The notes beneath the pieces are model-generated. The model did no database searches and was not told the DNA's origin. It saw only the letters and a program-made list of their open reading frames with translations. Both the position numbers and the translations under genes were made by a program. 64,000 bases of DNA from Octopus vulgaris (lineage: Eukaryota). The first letter of the stretch is position 1; every line of letters begins with the position of its first letter. The stretch lies in assembly GCA_951406725.2 (NCBI GenBank), contig OX597820.1, positions 70,308,001-70,372,000 of the forward strand. Reading direction: 5' to 3'. This document shows positions 1-37,579 of the stretch, piece by piece.

Positions 1-340
1 TATGATTTCTACGAACTGCGTAGGACGATCTGGATTATCCTCTGTCAGGTGTTGCAGGAGTCTAGGTCGGTATGGCTTCAAGCTCAGTTTTATCATGAAA
101 CGACACAGGGACCTTCGTGCCCAACTAGCCGACGCTCGTCTGCTAAACGTCATAGGGTTATTTACAAACGCCAATGCTACCTGCTTCTCATTTTCCTTAG
201 TGGTAGCTCTCGTGGACGTCCGGATTTCGGGACGTTCTTTACTCAATCTGTCCCCTCGTATTTGTCTCATCTTGAAAGTCGATTATCATAACGGCAGATC
301 AGTGTAGAAGGTTTCTTTCCCCTTCTGGTACACCATTTCT
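1..340 (-). mobile_element. Degenerate Tc1/mariner-superfamily transposase fragment (N-terminal HTH region), runs off the window start
   Basis: The reverse strand reads KNVPKSGRPR-[frameshift]-ATTKENEKQVALAFVNNPMTFSRRASASWARRSLCRFMIKLSLKPYRPRLLQHLTEDNPDRPTQFVEI. SGRPR and LKPY..QxLxExxxDRxxQF are typical of Tc1/mariner (DUF4817-type) transposases. Confidence 0.75.
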
Positions 341-1025
341 GCATTTTCAAATTTACAGTAATTTTTTAGGAATCATCTTTTCTCGTTATCTCTTGCCTTG
401 CCCTCAGTTACGTCTCACAACCTGATAAAAAAAAGACAACTGTCAACCTATTTTTACACCATACATATGTATATATGTATGCATGTATGTATGTTTAAAT
501 GTATGTGTGTGTATTTGTGTGTATATACATACATATGTATAGGTGGTGGGTTAATGCGTATAAAACTGTCTCCGTTTCTTTCTTTACATTCACACCGCTT
601 TAGAACAGTGCTATCTATGTCCCGTAAATTAACGACTGCACAAATAGATATCGATAAAATAAGCAACAGATAAATATAGGGTACTGGACTCAGTTTAATC
701 GAGAATACCCATCAAAAGTTGTGCGCCGGTATGGCAGCACTGCAGTAATTAAAACCAACAAGAAACAAAACTAAAAATTTATTAACCTCAAACAAAACCT
801 TACTCTGTTATTGGAAAAATGCATTGGATAAGGCAGCCCTGAGTATAAAAGCACAGATGGGTGGTCACAGCTAATTTATGGTTTGCACTATAAGGGCAGG
901 TTAATATAAGTAACAACAACAATAACGCGGGTGCCCCTATACAAACATACTACTGTTGTTTTCTGGTACAAATTAGTGGTTCTTCTGTTTAATATCACAA
1001 TTTATGTTTAATATCTCCACTAATA

Positions 1026-1443
1026 GGCGCAGGAGAGACTGTGTGGTAAGTAGCTTGCTAACCAACCACATGGTTCCGGGTTCAGTCCCACTGCGTAGCA
1101 TCTTGGACAAGTGTCTTCTGCTATAGCCCCGGGCCGACCAATGCCTTGTGAGTGGATTTGGTAGGCGGAAACTGAAAGAAGCCTGTCGTATATATGTATA
1201 TATATATATAAGTGTGTGTGTATATGTTTGTGTGTCTGTGTTTGTCCCCCTAGCATTGCTTGACAACAATGCTGGTGTGTTTACGTCCCCATCACTTAGC
1301 GGTTCGGCAAAAGAGACCGATAGAATAAGTACTGGGCTTGCAAAGAATAAGTCCCGGGGTCGATTTGCTCGACTAAAGGCGGTGCTCCAGCATGGCCGCA
1401 GTCAAATGACTGAAACAAGTAAAAGAGTAAAAGAGTAAAGAGT
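1026..1443 (+). mobile_element. tRNA-derived SINE, family A (internal TA/TG microsatellite, CR1-like 3' tail), full length
   Basis: Pol III A/B-box-like head (..TGTGTGGTAAG..GGTTCAGTCCC), body CTTGGxCAAGTG, tail GCGGTGCTCCAGCATGGCCGCAG..(AAAAGAGT)n; many homologous copies in the window. Confidence 0.9.
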
Positions 1444-1601
1444 AATCATTAATAATATGATTTATGTTAGTATATTTCTCATTACAAACATTCAGCAACA
1501 TCCAACGATAATATAGAACTCTTCGTTGTGTTGGACATTAATAGAATAGTCTATCGTCCAAGAAATAAGAGATTGAAAATTTATCTAAACTATCTGGTGA
1601 A

Positions 1602-1900
1602 GGCACATGGCCTAGTGGTTAGAGCAGCGGACTCGCTGTTGAGGGATCGCGGGTTTGAATCTCAGACCGCGCAATGTATGTGTTTATGAGCGAAACACCT
1701 AAGTTCCACGCGGCTCCGGCAGAAGGTAATGGCGAACTTCTGCTGACTCTTTCGCCACAACTTTCTCTCACTCTTTCCTTCTGCATCTTGCCGCTCACCC
1801 GCGACGAACCGGCGTCCCGTCCAGGTGGGGAACATATACGCCACGGAAACCGGGAAACCGGCCCTAACGAACCAGGCATGGCTCGAGAAGGAACAAACAT
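1602..1900 (+). mobile_element. tRNA-derived SINE, family C (V-domain-like centre)
   Basis: GGCACATGGCCTAGTGGTTAGAGC..GGTTTGAATCTC head; near-identical to the copy at 62746-63047. Confidence 0.85.
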
Positions 1901-2185
1901 CTAGTATAGATAAAACAATTCAGTTAATACAGTAGGGAAAATGTATAACATGGGAGATTGCGATGCTAAGAGATCTGTGAGTTAATAGGTAAAACGGTTC
2001 CCTTGAACGTAGTGGATATAGGAATCAAGCTATATCTATGACCCTCTTCATGTCTTTTGTCACAAACATTTATTTATAATGTATAGTAAGTATTGTTTTT
2101 TCCTTTATTTGAAACTATAACTAAAATAGATATATTTTCTCAACGCACTTCTATTTTAATTCCTAAATTACTTTTAATCCGTCAG

Positions 2186-26008
<23,823 letters not shown>

Positions 26009-26419
26009 AAAGGGAAAAGGGAAATTTTATCAGTTCTTCTTTAATCGAACCATTATAGAGATAAACTCACAATTAAAATAAAAAATTAAATTGAAGCTTT
26101 TTTACTTTCAAAGTAAAAAATTTTCACCGGAAGATAAGTCTACAAAGAAAATATCAATAACTCTCTGGAAATCCCTTTTTTAACATTATAGGTACATGAA
26201 CTCACATAACCATACAAACACTCATTCACACACACAAACACACACACACATACATATTGTACATTTATATATATATATATGTGTGTGTATATTTATCTAT
26301 AAGTGAATATTTATAAGTATATAGATGTGTGTGCTTGTATTTATATATATATGAATATTATTGCATGTATGTATATGTACGAGTGTGTATATAGTGTGTG
26401 TATATATATGTGTGTGTGC

Positions 26420-26454
<35 letters not shown>

Positions 26455-26600
26455 CATACACACACACACACGCACACATATATGTATATATATATATAAG
26501 GTAGCAAATTTTGCTAGGGTAGTTGTTTTGACTGCCTCCTAGCGTGTAGAAATTGCCTGATATAGGTAATCTCTCTTTGTGGTTTAAATGTACACTATTT

Positions 26601-26647
<47 letters not shown>

Positions 26648-27091
26648 TCACACACACACACACACACATATACGTATGCACATTGTAGCATTGGAAGTGT
26701 ATAAGCAAAAACAATTACTAATTCTTCCAAATATGATAATTTCAGAACGTACAGTTTGTTATCTTGTAAACTAATTTTCTACTGTATGATGGGAGTCGAA
26801 AAAATCCAGTTCACATGGTTCGGTATTTCTATCATGTACACTAATTCAATTATTAGTTAACATAGTAAATATTGTCTAAAAGGATTATTGCGAGCGTCTG
26901 AAAATCTAACTTCTTCAATATTGTGGCTTGGTGATCATTATCTCAGTCTAAAGTAAATGATTATTTACATTTCAACAACATTATATTGTGTGTTTTATCA
27001 ACAACGATTCGGAGGAGGGGTTGAGGAGTGGTGAAGGAAGGTATTTGAGTGTATGGCGGCGAATGTATGTGTTTGTCTGTAGCACATAAGA

Positions 27092-27097
27092 AATAAA
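27092..27097 (+). terminator. Candidate polyadenylation signal of the ammonia-lyase gene (alternative at 26077-26082)
   Basis: AATAAA followed about 25 nt later by GT-rich TTGTGTTTGTAG. Confidence 0.35.
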
Positions 27098-27509
27098 ACA
27101 ATTATTTACACTTACAGTATTGTGTTTGTAGTATTTCTGATAAAACATTAATTAAGAACAGGATCGATAATTACTAAATTATTGAATTCAATAAATATTG
27201 GTTCTGAAAGGAAAAAAAAATATTGGTTCTGAAAGGAAAAAAAAATAAATGAAATATAAATTGTCGCTTATTCAACGAAAAGTCGAATTACATTTCAATT
27301 TTCGTTAATTTCCATTATGAACCTCCAACAGAATAGAGGTATAGTTTTTGAAACGCGCCTTATTCTGAGTATTAAATCAAGGAAATTCGATTGTGTATTT
27401 CTATTCATTTCTTGCACTTTGTTCTACTTTAAAGAAAACATTGAGATTTATTGTGAATTCTCAACGAAATGGCGTGGTTAAAGCTTTGAGTAAATCAAAC
27501 GTTATATTA

Positions 27510-27996
27510 CATGGGTAAATGCGAGCATTCTTAAGATTATAAACCTGGAAAAGCACAGGACAAATTATTACACATGTAAAAGTATAGGACAAGCTATTAC
27601 TTCTAGTAAAGTAAAGAATAAGAAACTGTTTTACTTAAAATATTGCAGTAAAGAATGCCAGTTCTTCAAATTTTACAGTTCTCATCTTTCAAATTTATTA
27701 TACAAAACTGTTCAGCTAATCTTTTAGTTTGTCTAATTAGTCACATTTTCTGTATTTAAGGTAGTCAATTAGCCAAATTTTACTTAAATAAGTATAGTGT
27801 TATTTGTAAACTATAATTTAAAATAAGTTTTAATATTCAAATTTTAATTTTAGCTGCAATATTTTAAGTAAAAGGTTTCTTATTCTTTACTAGAAGCAAT
27901 GCCTTGTCCTATACTTTTACAGGTGTAATAACTTTCCTGTACTTTTCCAGGTTTATAATCTTAAGAATGTTACTTTTCATGTTCGCATTTTCCATG
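27510..27996. repeat. Long inverted repeat (about 140-bp arms, about 200-bp spacer)
   Basis: 27526-27648 CATTCTTAAGATTATAAACCTGGAAAAG..AATATTGCAG is complementary to 27854-27969. Confidence 0.85.
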
Positions 27997-29499
27997 CAAT
28001 CCATGATTTTTCCAGGCATTACTATTATAAGATAATTAATAATGTGTCAATGAATAATTAAAGATTTTACATTATAAAATACTGAACGATAATATTTCAA
28101 TTTTTCCATGTAAGTGATGATAGTATTTCAATTTTTTCCATGTTTAATTTAAATATATGTTGTGATTGAATTATTTGATATTACTCATCCACACCAAATT
28201 AACGATAGGGATTTTTACCATGGCTCACCAAAAGTTACAAACAAGGCCTAAAAACCATCAGTTACCAAGGTCATCTAATTTTTGCAACATTAGGGGGTCA
28301 CAGGAACTCATTCACCCCGCCCAATTCCAGTGATTCCGGGATTAGTGGGGAACTCCCACCTCATTTTTTCCGAACGAAAATAAGAAATTTGCAGCATATT
28401 AGGAGGTCAACATACTTGATTCCACGCAAAAAAAATAATTTTTTTTAGTGAAAATCGTGCGAGTGTTTATGTAGAAATTTACCATAATGTTGTTGTTATT
28501 TAGCCTCAAATCAACCCTGATGCTGCAAATCTGTCATCAAAGTCATTCCAGCCTTCAGCAAAGCGTCTTTTTAGGGATAATCTAGACAGACGAAATACCG
28601 ATAAGCATTTCGACCAGTGCGTTAACGTTTCTGTCATGTCGGCGCCATAGAATTTAAGCATTCATTTTAGAAATATATTCTTTATTCTTATTGCTTAGGC
28701 GTTACTTCTTACTTCCTCACTTACTGACATTAAATTTCGTAATATTTTACCTCATAACTGTTTGTCTACTAATGTTTGTACAATGCGACTAACGATTCTG
28801 AATTCCTCATGCATTTTTCTATCATTTAAGCGTAAGAAAAGTATACTTTTAATTGAAAATTTTAAAATTTATGTTAGTTGAAGATGAATATCTGCCTTAC
28901 TGCCCACTTGATGTCTGACATATTTTGATGTAACTTTTTTTTTCTTTCTGAACTAAATCTCAAACTATTTATGCCAAACTGTAGCTGAGGAGGTGTCCTC
29001 TTTAAAACCATATTAACAGTTTGCAATTTAGTTGAGAACTAAATTAGTGGTGAAGCTTGAAAGCTGCTGCGATTGACGAAATGATGGACTTAAGAATATA
29101 TTCAACCACTACTGTGGTTGAATGATTCTTCAACGTACCTTGAAGCTTTTAGTCAGTTTTCTTTTAGAGATTGTTTAGTAACAAAATTTTTAGAATTAAA
29201 CTATATTTATTGCATAACGTATTTATGAAATGACGGTAACATTTTAATTAACCAACGACAAATATAAATGTCATTATTAGGTAACTTAAAGTTATTATTC
29301 CGGAGGTTCAGTTGCCAAGAAAGTGGCTTGATCGGAGATCGTGTGTTCAAACTAAAATGATTGCAGCGTGGAAAAGACTTATTTAGCTATTTAAAACATA
29401 CACAAAGATTCGCTGAAGTATTTATCATTTTGTTTGTTAGTGATCAGGTCATAATTGGTGCAACGAAACATTTGACATCAAATAATATATGTTTAAGTG

Positions 29500-30090
29500 A
29501 AAGCGGTAAGCTGACAGAAACGTTAGCATGCCGGGCGAAATGCTTAGCCGTATTTCGTCTGTCTTTATGTTCTGAGTTCAAATTCCACCGAGGTCGACTT
29601 TGCCTTTCATCCTTTCGGGGTCGATAAATTAAGTACCAGTTACGCACTGGGGTCGATGTAATCGACTTAATCCGTGTGTCTGTCCTTGTTTGTCCCCTCT
29701 ATGTTTAGCCCCTTGTGGGCAATAAAGAAATAAGAAACGATAGCATGCTGGGCGAAATGCTTAGCGGTATTTCGTCTGCCGCTACGTTCTGAGTTCAAAT
29801 TCCGCCGAGATCGACTTTGCCTTTCATCTTTCGAGGTCGATTAAATAAGTACCAGTTACGCACTGGGGTCGATATAATCGACTTAATCCGTCTGTCTGTC
29901 CTTGTTTGTCCTCTCTGTGTTAGCCCCTTATGGGTAGTAAAGAAATAGGTATTTCGTCTGCCGCTACGTTCTGAGCTCTAATTCCACCGAGGTCGACTTT
30001 GCCTTTCATCCTTCCGGGGTCGATAAATTAAGAACCAGATGCGTACTGGAGTCGATATAATTGCAGGCCTTGTGCCTAGAGTACAAAAGA
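29500..30090 (+). mobile_element. Tandem array of SINE family B (three units)
   Basis: Repeated GAGTTCAAATTCCxCCGAGGTCGACTTTGCCTTTCATCC units. Confidence 0.9.
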
Positions 30091-31194
30091 ATATATGTTT
30101 AAGTGAATTTAATAGTCTTTATGTGCTTTTGAATAGCTATTTGTTTTCCATGCTGTAATTGTTTAAAAATTTTATAATTATCAATACTCGATATCCATGT
30201 AGTAATGGATCCCGGAAGATTGATAGTCAACGTTTAACTCGATGGGATCTAAATTCAGATTACGTAAAAGCAATGAGTAAATATACAACAGCTCACATTT
30301 CTCATTTATTTATTATGGTTTATATAGTAACCCATATAGAAACAGATTGTTTATAGTAATATATTGGAAGCTCTGTTCATTCTGCTGCAAATACACCCTC
30401 TTGTATTTATTGAGAAGTGATGCAAATAATTCTTCGATAATATTCCATTTTAATATTAAGGTGGATTCAATGTCTGGAATATCCAACACACGCCCACGGA
30501 TCGTGTATTTTAATTTAGCTCAGGTTTCAACTCTGAACACATCTCTCGCTGAATTTGGTTAAACATATATTCTTCAATATATATTTATTTATTTATTAGC
30601 CAATTTAATTAAGAAATTTCTGAAAACAAACATTTAGCAAGCCACAGATCGATTGAACAGATAAATCAACACGTAAAATATACAATAGATTTATTTCCGG
30701 AATAACAATAAGAGAAATTACAAATCGTAAAAATATGTTTGTTTATTTTTCTGACAATTTTAAATGACAAAAGCCAACATTTTGATGACAAATTGATAAA
30801 GTCCATAACATTATAAAGTACTGGCTGCTTATTTCTACGAAGGAAACAGCCAATTGTTTTGATCGTTGGCCAGAAATATTAGAACATCAATTCATATTGT
30901 AGTTTCTATTGAGCAAAATTGTGTTGGATTAGTAGCAGGAAGCACAACCATTTTACAGTTAAAACAAAACTGAGAAAATAACATACCTGTGTAATTAATT
31001 ATCTACAGCATTGGCACAGGGCCATACATCATTGAATAGCAATATAGTCAACTGAATAGACCCGAGTAAAATCAAAAGCAAAAATAGATCCCAAAGTAAC
31101 CTGGATTCAGAATGTAAATAAAATACTGCAAAATATTTTGATGCAAGCTCTACTGATTCTGTAATTTATCAACTTATACTTTGTGTGCTTTTAT

Positions 31195-31673
<479 letters not shown>

Positions 31674-31762
31674 GTTAATCCAAACATAAACAAAGAGAAA
31701 ACACAACAACGTGTGGAACATGTATAGTGTTATTGGACGTTCAGGAAAGGAAAGAGAGAAGG

Positions 31763-31797
31763 ATTTAACGTTTCGAGCGGAGCTCTTCGTCAGAAAT
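31763..31797 (-). ncRNA. Minimal type I hammerhead ribozyme motif with intact core
   Basis: attt-CTGACGA-a-GAGC-tcc-GCTC-GAAA-CG-T-T-aaat: stem I 4 bp, stem II 4 bp, palindromic ACGT in place of stem III. Confidence 0.7.
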
Positions 31798-31888
31798 ATA
31801 GACAAAAGGAAACGTCCAAGGGAGAGAAGACGGAGAATGAAAATCGCGAACGATACACACGGAATCACGTATTGAAAATGCATATATA

Positions 31889-31923
<35 letters not shown>

Positions 31924-33029
31924 AATAACGTAAGTTAATATCGGTATATTTTCTATGCAGCGCTCAATATAGACTCCTGGCTATCTACACGTTGAGATGG
32001 GTATTTAGAAATAATCCATATTCTAGGGTGTCGAAGCCCCAGGTACTTATCAATGGTATAACGAGTGTATACGTATTTTGTGGAGAAACAAATAACGAAA
32101 TGAAAAAGATGATATCACTATAGCATAAATTTAATATTCGTTACAATTGTTTCAGTACCACTCTGTTTTGAATTATCTTATATATGGATGAATATGTATG
32201 ATGAATTACACAAGACTTCTATAAATTTATGCCAAGTTGAAATAATGAGGAACTTTATATTATCGGACAATTACCAAACTCTGCTATTCGACACGATAAC
32301 CGGCGCTGCGCTTATATATTCGGATGAACAACAACAATTATGAATATTGTTATTGTTATCATTACTATTATTGTTGGTGTTGTTGTTGTTGTTGATGTTG
32401 TTACGTTGCCTTTGTTAACTACTACCAGTTAAGAAAAACATCGAGGACAGCACATGACGATGCAACACAATACAAAGTAACAGGTAGTGGTGGGGAACTG
32501 TTTTCATAAACACTCTTCCAAGAGCCGCTTCTTTCCTTGATTTGAGAAACCAAATTTTAACAATAAATATGTACATTCAATTTTTATCTCAAGTTTTTAA
32601 AATTGGCCCCGAAGGGATGACAATTTCGTAAAGCCAACAGGCGTCAGAAGGTGCTAGTTAGCTCAATAACAAAATGAGACGACAATACCCGATTCGATAA
32701 CAACTTGCAAGGCTTTTACTTACAAACAATAAAACTAATAATAATAATAATAATAATAATCCTTTCTACTATAGGTACAAGGCCTGACATTTTTGGGGAA
32801 AGGGATAATAGAATACATGGTCCCCAGCGCTCAATTGGTATGGTACTATTTCATTGACTCCGAAAGGGTGAAATGCGCAGTTGACCTCGGCGACATTTGA
32901 ACAGTAGTTTATTGGCTACAAGGGCTGCCAAAAATATTTAGGACAATACAACGATACAGTACCGCAGTGATTTACATAGAACGAATAAATAAAAATAAAA
33001 CATAACGATTAACAAAAGAATTCAAACAA

Positions 33030-33295
33030 ACAAATTCCCTAACGGTAGAGAAACACCAATCAGAGGCAACAAAGAAAGCCACAGATCCCGAGTCACTCTA
33101 GTCGCTACGAGTACCATAGTTGTTGTTCCTCTCTCCTCCGTACTCCTCAGCGCAAAAGCGCTTGCTTAGAGTAGGCCCACACACTCGGACCGTCTTCGTC
33201 GCATTCATCCACCTTTCAACAAATTGACTGAAAGGCAACACTTCCCTCTCAAACTTCATCTTACTTTTCAAATGGAATTTTAAAAAGTTGATAAA
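33030..33295 (-). mobile_element. L1/Tx1-like LINE 3' end fragment
   Basis: FINFLKFHLKSKMKFEREVLPFSQFVERWMN; homologous to the 3' fragment near 38620-38990. Confidence 0.55.
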
Positions 33296-33299
33296 AATA

Positions 33300-33940
33300 A
33301 CATTACCTGACTTGGTTATATCGACATCAATGACAACAGAAAGAAAGAATGGGATAAAGAGAGCATTGAAAGGAGCAGTGTGTTGTGGTATAGAGTTGTA
33401 AGGTAAGAGTATAAAGTTACTTCAGATTAATTTTTAAAATCTAGTAAAAAGACAATTAACCACTTCCAGGTCAAGGTTCTCGCCAGAGAGATTGAAGTTG
33501 AAGGTTTCGTGGACAAATCTGCTTATGATCTCATGAAACAACTCTCAGTCTCTGGGAAGAACAGAACCAAAGCTCTAAAGGGAATATTAGAGACAGTGCA
33601 GAGATGTTCCAGCTGCTCTGGTTTAGGAGAAACAAAAATGACACGTTTGTATTTTAAGGCTAAGGGAAGTAACTCTGATTGAGCCATTGTGATAGCTTTT
33701 GAAGTTTCACCACTACTAACACAACCAAAGTTATTTCTTATATAAGTATGTTTGAAAGCTGATTCAACGGAGACGAGTTAGAAGATAAAATTTCTAAGCG
33801 GTTTAATTGCATGTCTCCGATATCCAAGTGGCTAAAAAGTGTCAGTATCAGGGCAACCTGGCTCCCTTAGAGTGTTAGAAGGGCCGAAACATTTGCGTGA
33901 GTGGAGGTTCTTCTCTGAAAACCTTCTGCTGTTCAACTCT
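33300..33940 (+). mobile_element. REL-endonuclease (Hero-like) non-LTR retrotransposon 3' remnant
   Basis: LPDLVI.., IEVEGFVDKSAYDLMKQLSVSGKNRTKALK resemble the PD..VEVGxRGF C-terminus of REL elements. Confidence 0.55.
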
Positions 33941-34468
33941 CTTGAGAGTTTCTTAATGCCGTCTATAACTTAATTGTCAAGGCGTCCTAAAGAGAGAAAA
34001 ACGAATTTGAAATGATGTTATTGTTATTGTTACTATTTTTGTTAGTAATCTTAGTGTTAACCCTAAAAGCAGTGGTGTCGTTGTTGTTGTTGTTGCTAAT
34101 ATTTATACTAGTTTCATTAATAATATATTTATTACCGTCCATTTTAGCTTTCATTACACTCCACTGTTTTATAAATGACCTTTGTCTCATTACTGGAATC
34201 ATTATTTTCCTTCTTGCTTCAATTTTGCTTCTATTTCTTGTCGAGTGTCTTCCCAACACCTAGATCAAAGAAACTCACAGTATACATTGAGAAACCATTG
34301 AAATAAACACACCAGATTGTTAATTTACAAAATCAAATAATAATTTTTATTATAATTATCATCATCATTATTATTGTCATATTTATTCCTATATTTTCCT
34401 TTTCCCTGAATTCAGAAAGAGTAATGGCCTTTGTCGCATATCATATATGATAACTAAGTTTGGTAAGT

Positions 34469-34596
34469 GTCTGATGAGGTACTATTCCACGCCATTTCAA
34501 ACGTGTGTAAATTTGTACAACCGCTGTGTAATTTTCCATACATAATCATTTATGTGTAATGTCCTTTGAAAAGAATGGTACTGAAACAATTGTAAC
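34469..34596 (+). ncRNA. Type I hammerhead ribozyme motif with 10-bp stem II closing an 85-nt insert
   Basis: CTGATGA 34471-34477; GGTACTATTC 34478-34487 pairs with GAATGGTACT 34573-34582; GAAA 34583-34586; palindrome ACAATTGT; then A. Stem I is weak. Confidence 0.6.
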
Positions 34597-35098
34597 CAAT
34601 ATTAAACTTATTCTATACTGATACTTTCTTCCTTATCTGTACACACACATACACACAGACACACAACACACGATCAAGCAGACCCCATAGACGCGGTCTA
34701 CACCGGAAAGACTTGTATTATTCAGTAAGATCGATAAAAACGTACAGTAAACTTGTTGTGGGGAGTGAAACATCCGACGTTTCCAACAGAGTCCTTTTTT
34801 TTTCAGAGAGATGCTGGCAAGATAGAAATCAAAGAGAAACGGCAGAGCTTTACATCCTCTAAGTCACGAAAAATGGATTCAACTGACAAGAGACGCAGGA
34901 CCACAGGAGCTTTATACGTGAACAGGAAGTAGCGAGAGAGAAAAACTAGTTGAGAGAGGGAGAAGGAAAGAAAATAGAATAAGGAGGGAAAGCGGGTGAA
35001 AGTAAGAGTGAGGTAAAAGATGAAGCGAAAAGGAGTTGAAGACGAAGAAAGGTATTACTGAACTAAGAAGAGATGTAGATGTACAAGAAAGCAAAATA

Positions 35099-35485
35099 GG
35101 CGCAGGCGTGGCTGTGTGACAAGAAGCTTGCTTCCCAACCACATGTTTCCGGGTTCAGTCCCACTGCGTGACACCTTGGGCAAGTGTCTTCTACTATAGC
35201 CTCAGGCCGACCAAAGCCTTGTGAGTGGATTTAGTAGACGGAAACTGAAAGAAACCCACCGTAAATGCATGTGTATGTGTGTGTATTTGTGTGTTTGTGT
35301 CTGTTTACCCCCCACCATCCCAATCAATTCCTAAGTTGTCTCCAACTGAGGGGTTAGGCAAAAGAGACAGATATAAGTACCAGGCTTAGAAAGAATAAGT
35401 CTTGGGGTCGATTTCTTCGAGTAAAAGGCGGTGCTCCAGTATGGCCACAGGCAAAATGACTGAAACAAGTAAAAGAATGGAAGAA
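35099..35485 (+). mobile_element. SINE family A, full length
   Basis: Homology to 1026-1443. Confidence 0.9.
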
Positions 35486-35689
35486 TTCATGTAAACCTGT
35501 TGGTGACATGTTACCAAGTTCCAATATGAAATGTTGTGCCTTCCGTTTTCTAGACTGTGGATCCTTGGTGTAGAGACATGCTACACTTTCGTAAGTGATT
35601 GATGGAATGGTTTATCGTGCTGAAGTGGGTGGCGACAGGTTGGCTTGGCATGCATAGTAGTATGCTTCGAAAGAGTCTAAGTTACAATA

Positions 35690-35800
35690 TCACATTACCC
35701 AGAATTCTATCATTTGCAAACGTTACAACGCTCTTTATATTGGAGAAATAGGCCGAAGCCTTGCAAATCACTTCCGGAGCACATTCAAACAATTCTACTA
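35690..35800 (+). mobile_element. Penelope-like GIY-YIG remnant
   Basis: IICKRYNALYIGEIGRSLANHF matches IxCxxCxxxYIGETxRxLxxRF. Confidence 0.65.
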
Positions 35801-36580
35801 CGTATACCGGGCTAATTCGTCGATATCAACCAGTGTAAACAGTGTGTTGAGGTATGTCCCTGTATGTCAAAAGGAATACTTAGCCATAGGATAGAAAAAT
35901 AACAATAAAACAGCAAATCGAAGTCTAATTATTAAAACTAGTTCACAAGCAACAGAGTATAGAAGCGAACCTCATTTCACTAACTGAGAAAAACATTATA
36001 TGTATTATGAATCACCAGGAAGGTTTTCAAACAGCTTAATTGCTGATTTTACATTGATACATCAGAGATAGTCGTATTGTATTTTCTCCGACCCTTGACG
36101 TTCCAAGTTCAAATCGCGCAGAGATCGACTTTGCCTTTCGTCCGCTCAGTGTTGATAAAATAAAGTAGCTGTTAGGTACTGAGGTCAGTGCTATGGGCTA
36201 AATTTCTGCCCCTAGAATTGCCAGCCTTGTGTCCAAATTTGAAGCATAAGCGGTGAGCAGACAGCATCGTTAGCGCATGAGACAAAATGCCTAGCGGTGT
36301 TTATTCCGGGGCTTTACGTTCTGACTTCTAATACCGGTGAGGTTTATTTAACGTTCCATCGCCTCGGGATCGATAAAATAAAATACCAGTGGAGTATCGG
36401 GGTCACTGCGATTGGCTAATCTTGTCCCCTAAAATTGCCAGCCTTGTGTCAAAGTTTGACTTTTTCTTTCATCCTTTTGGAGTTGATTAATTAAGTACCA
36501 GTGAAACACTGAGATCGATGTAATCGGTTTGTCCCATCCCCAAAAATTTCAGGCCTTGTGCCTACGACAGAATGGATTAT

Positions 36581-37110
36581 TGAGTGAGAGAGCAGTGCAT
36601 GCCATCAAAGTGACACTGGAGTAAAATATACGAGGCTTAATATACCCGTCATGACTACCCGTCTTTTAAGAGCATACCAGGCACATGTATCACAACCATA
36701 TGTGCGCGACATGGTGATCTCATATCAAGATGAATAGCGCATGACCTTGCAGATGGGCCCTGTTAGAATTTTCTTCAGGTCGAGTAGCCCATCCAGCTCA
36801 AAAGGTACCTGTATAAGGGTTTTTAAGGAAGAACAAAACATCCATATTTCCAGAGGTGAATTATTTATATTCCAAAGAATTCCTCTCGTCACATGGCTAT
36901 GATGCTCCCCCACTATTTCTGCTCGTGATCAGAGATGTACGTATTGTTAGCCACCAAGGTCAAACGACTGACAAACAAATCTGTGGTAATGAGCAGAATA
37001 TTTGCTGTAGCCCACCTTTTATACCAAGACAAAACAAAGTACAAGATAACACTTCCAATCAGTTAAGATCAAAAGCCAAGAGAGCCACTGCCTGGTACTG
37101 CATTAGACCA
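36581..37110 (-). mobile_element. Family D interspersed repeat, about 530 bp
   Basis: High similarity to 39019-39548 and 44488-45043. Confidence 0.9.
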
Positions 37111-37579
37111 TTATTTTACCAAGCACAACTAAAGAAAAGTATTTATTTTTCGATTATTTTTAACACAAACTTCGTAGAACGCAGTGGAAGTCTACTGTAT
37201 GGAAGCGGCACATAGGGAGGACTATTCTGGGATATAGCTTTTTTTCAGCTACTGTTTACATTAGATTCAAGATGATTTCTACTCAGAGACGCACATGAGA
37301 ATAACTACACAGAAAAGAAACAGAAATTCAAGGGAAAAAAAATCAATGTCATAACTAGATTCACTCGTCACACACACGGTAATATCATTTTAACATTTTA
37401 AACGTTAAACTGAAAGGTTCGAATAACTCATTTAATACCATCATCTAGATCCGCTTACAGAATTTGCCAAACAAAGAAAACGAGCCAATTTAAGTGAACG
37501 TGTTTTCAATGGCACAAATGGTATTAGCCACACTAAAGAATTGAACATGACGAGGAAAAGAAGAGGAAAAGAGAGTTTT

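Noticed and set aside
1602-1675. tRNA-like sequences (also 19563, 52230-52300, 62746)
   Set aside because: These are SINE heads: they continue into shared repeat bodies and lack a clean acceptor stem.
27193-27245. Perfect tandem duplication of AAATATTGGTTCTGAAAGGAAAAAAA
   Set aside because: Simple slippage duplication or assembly artefact; no functional signal.
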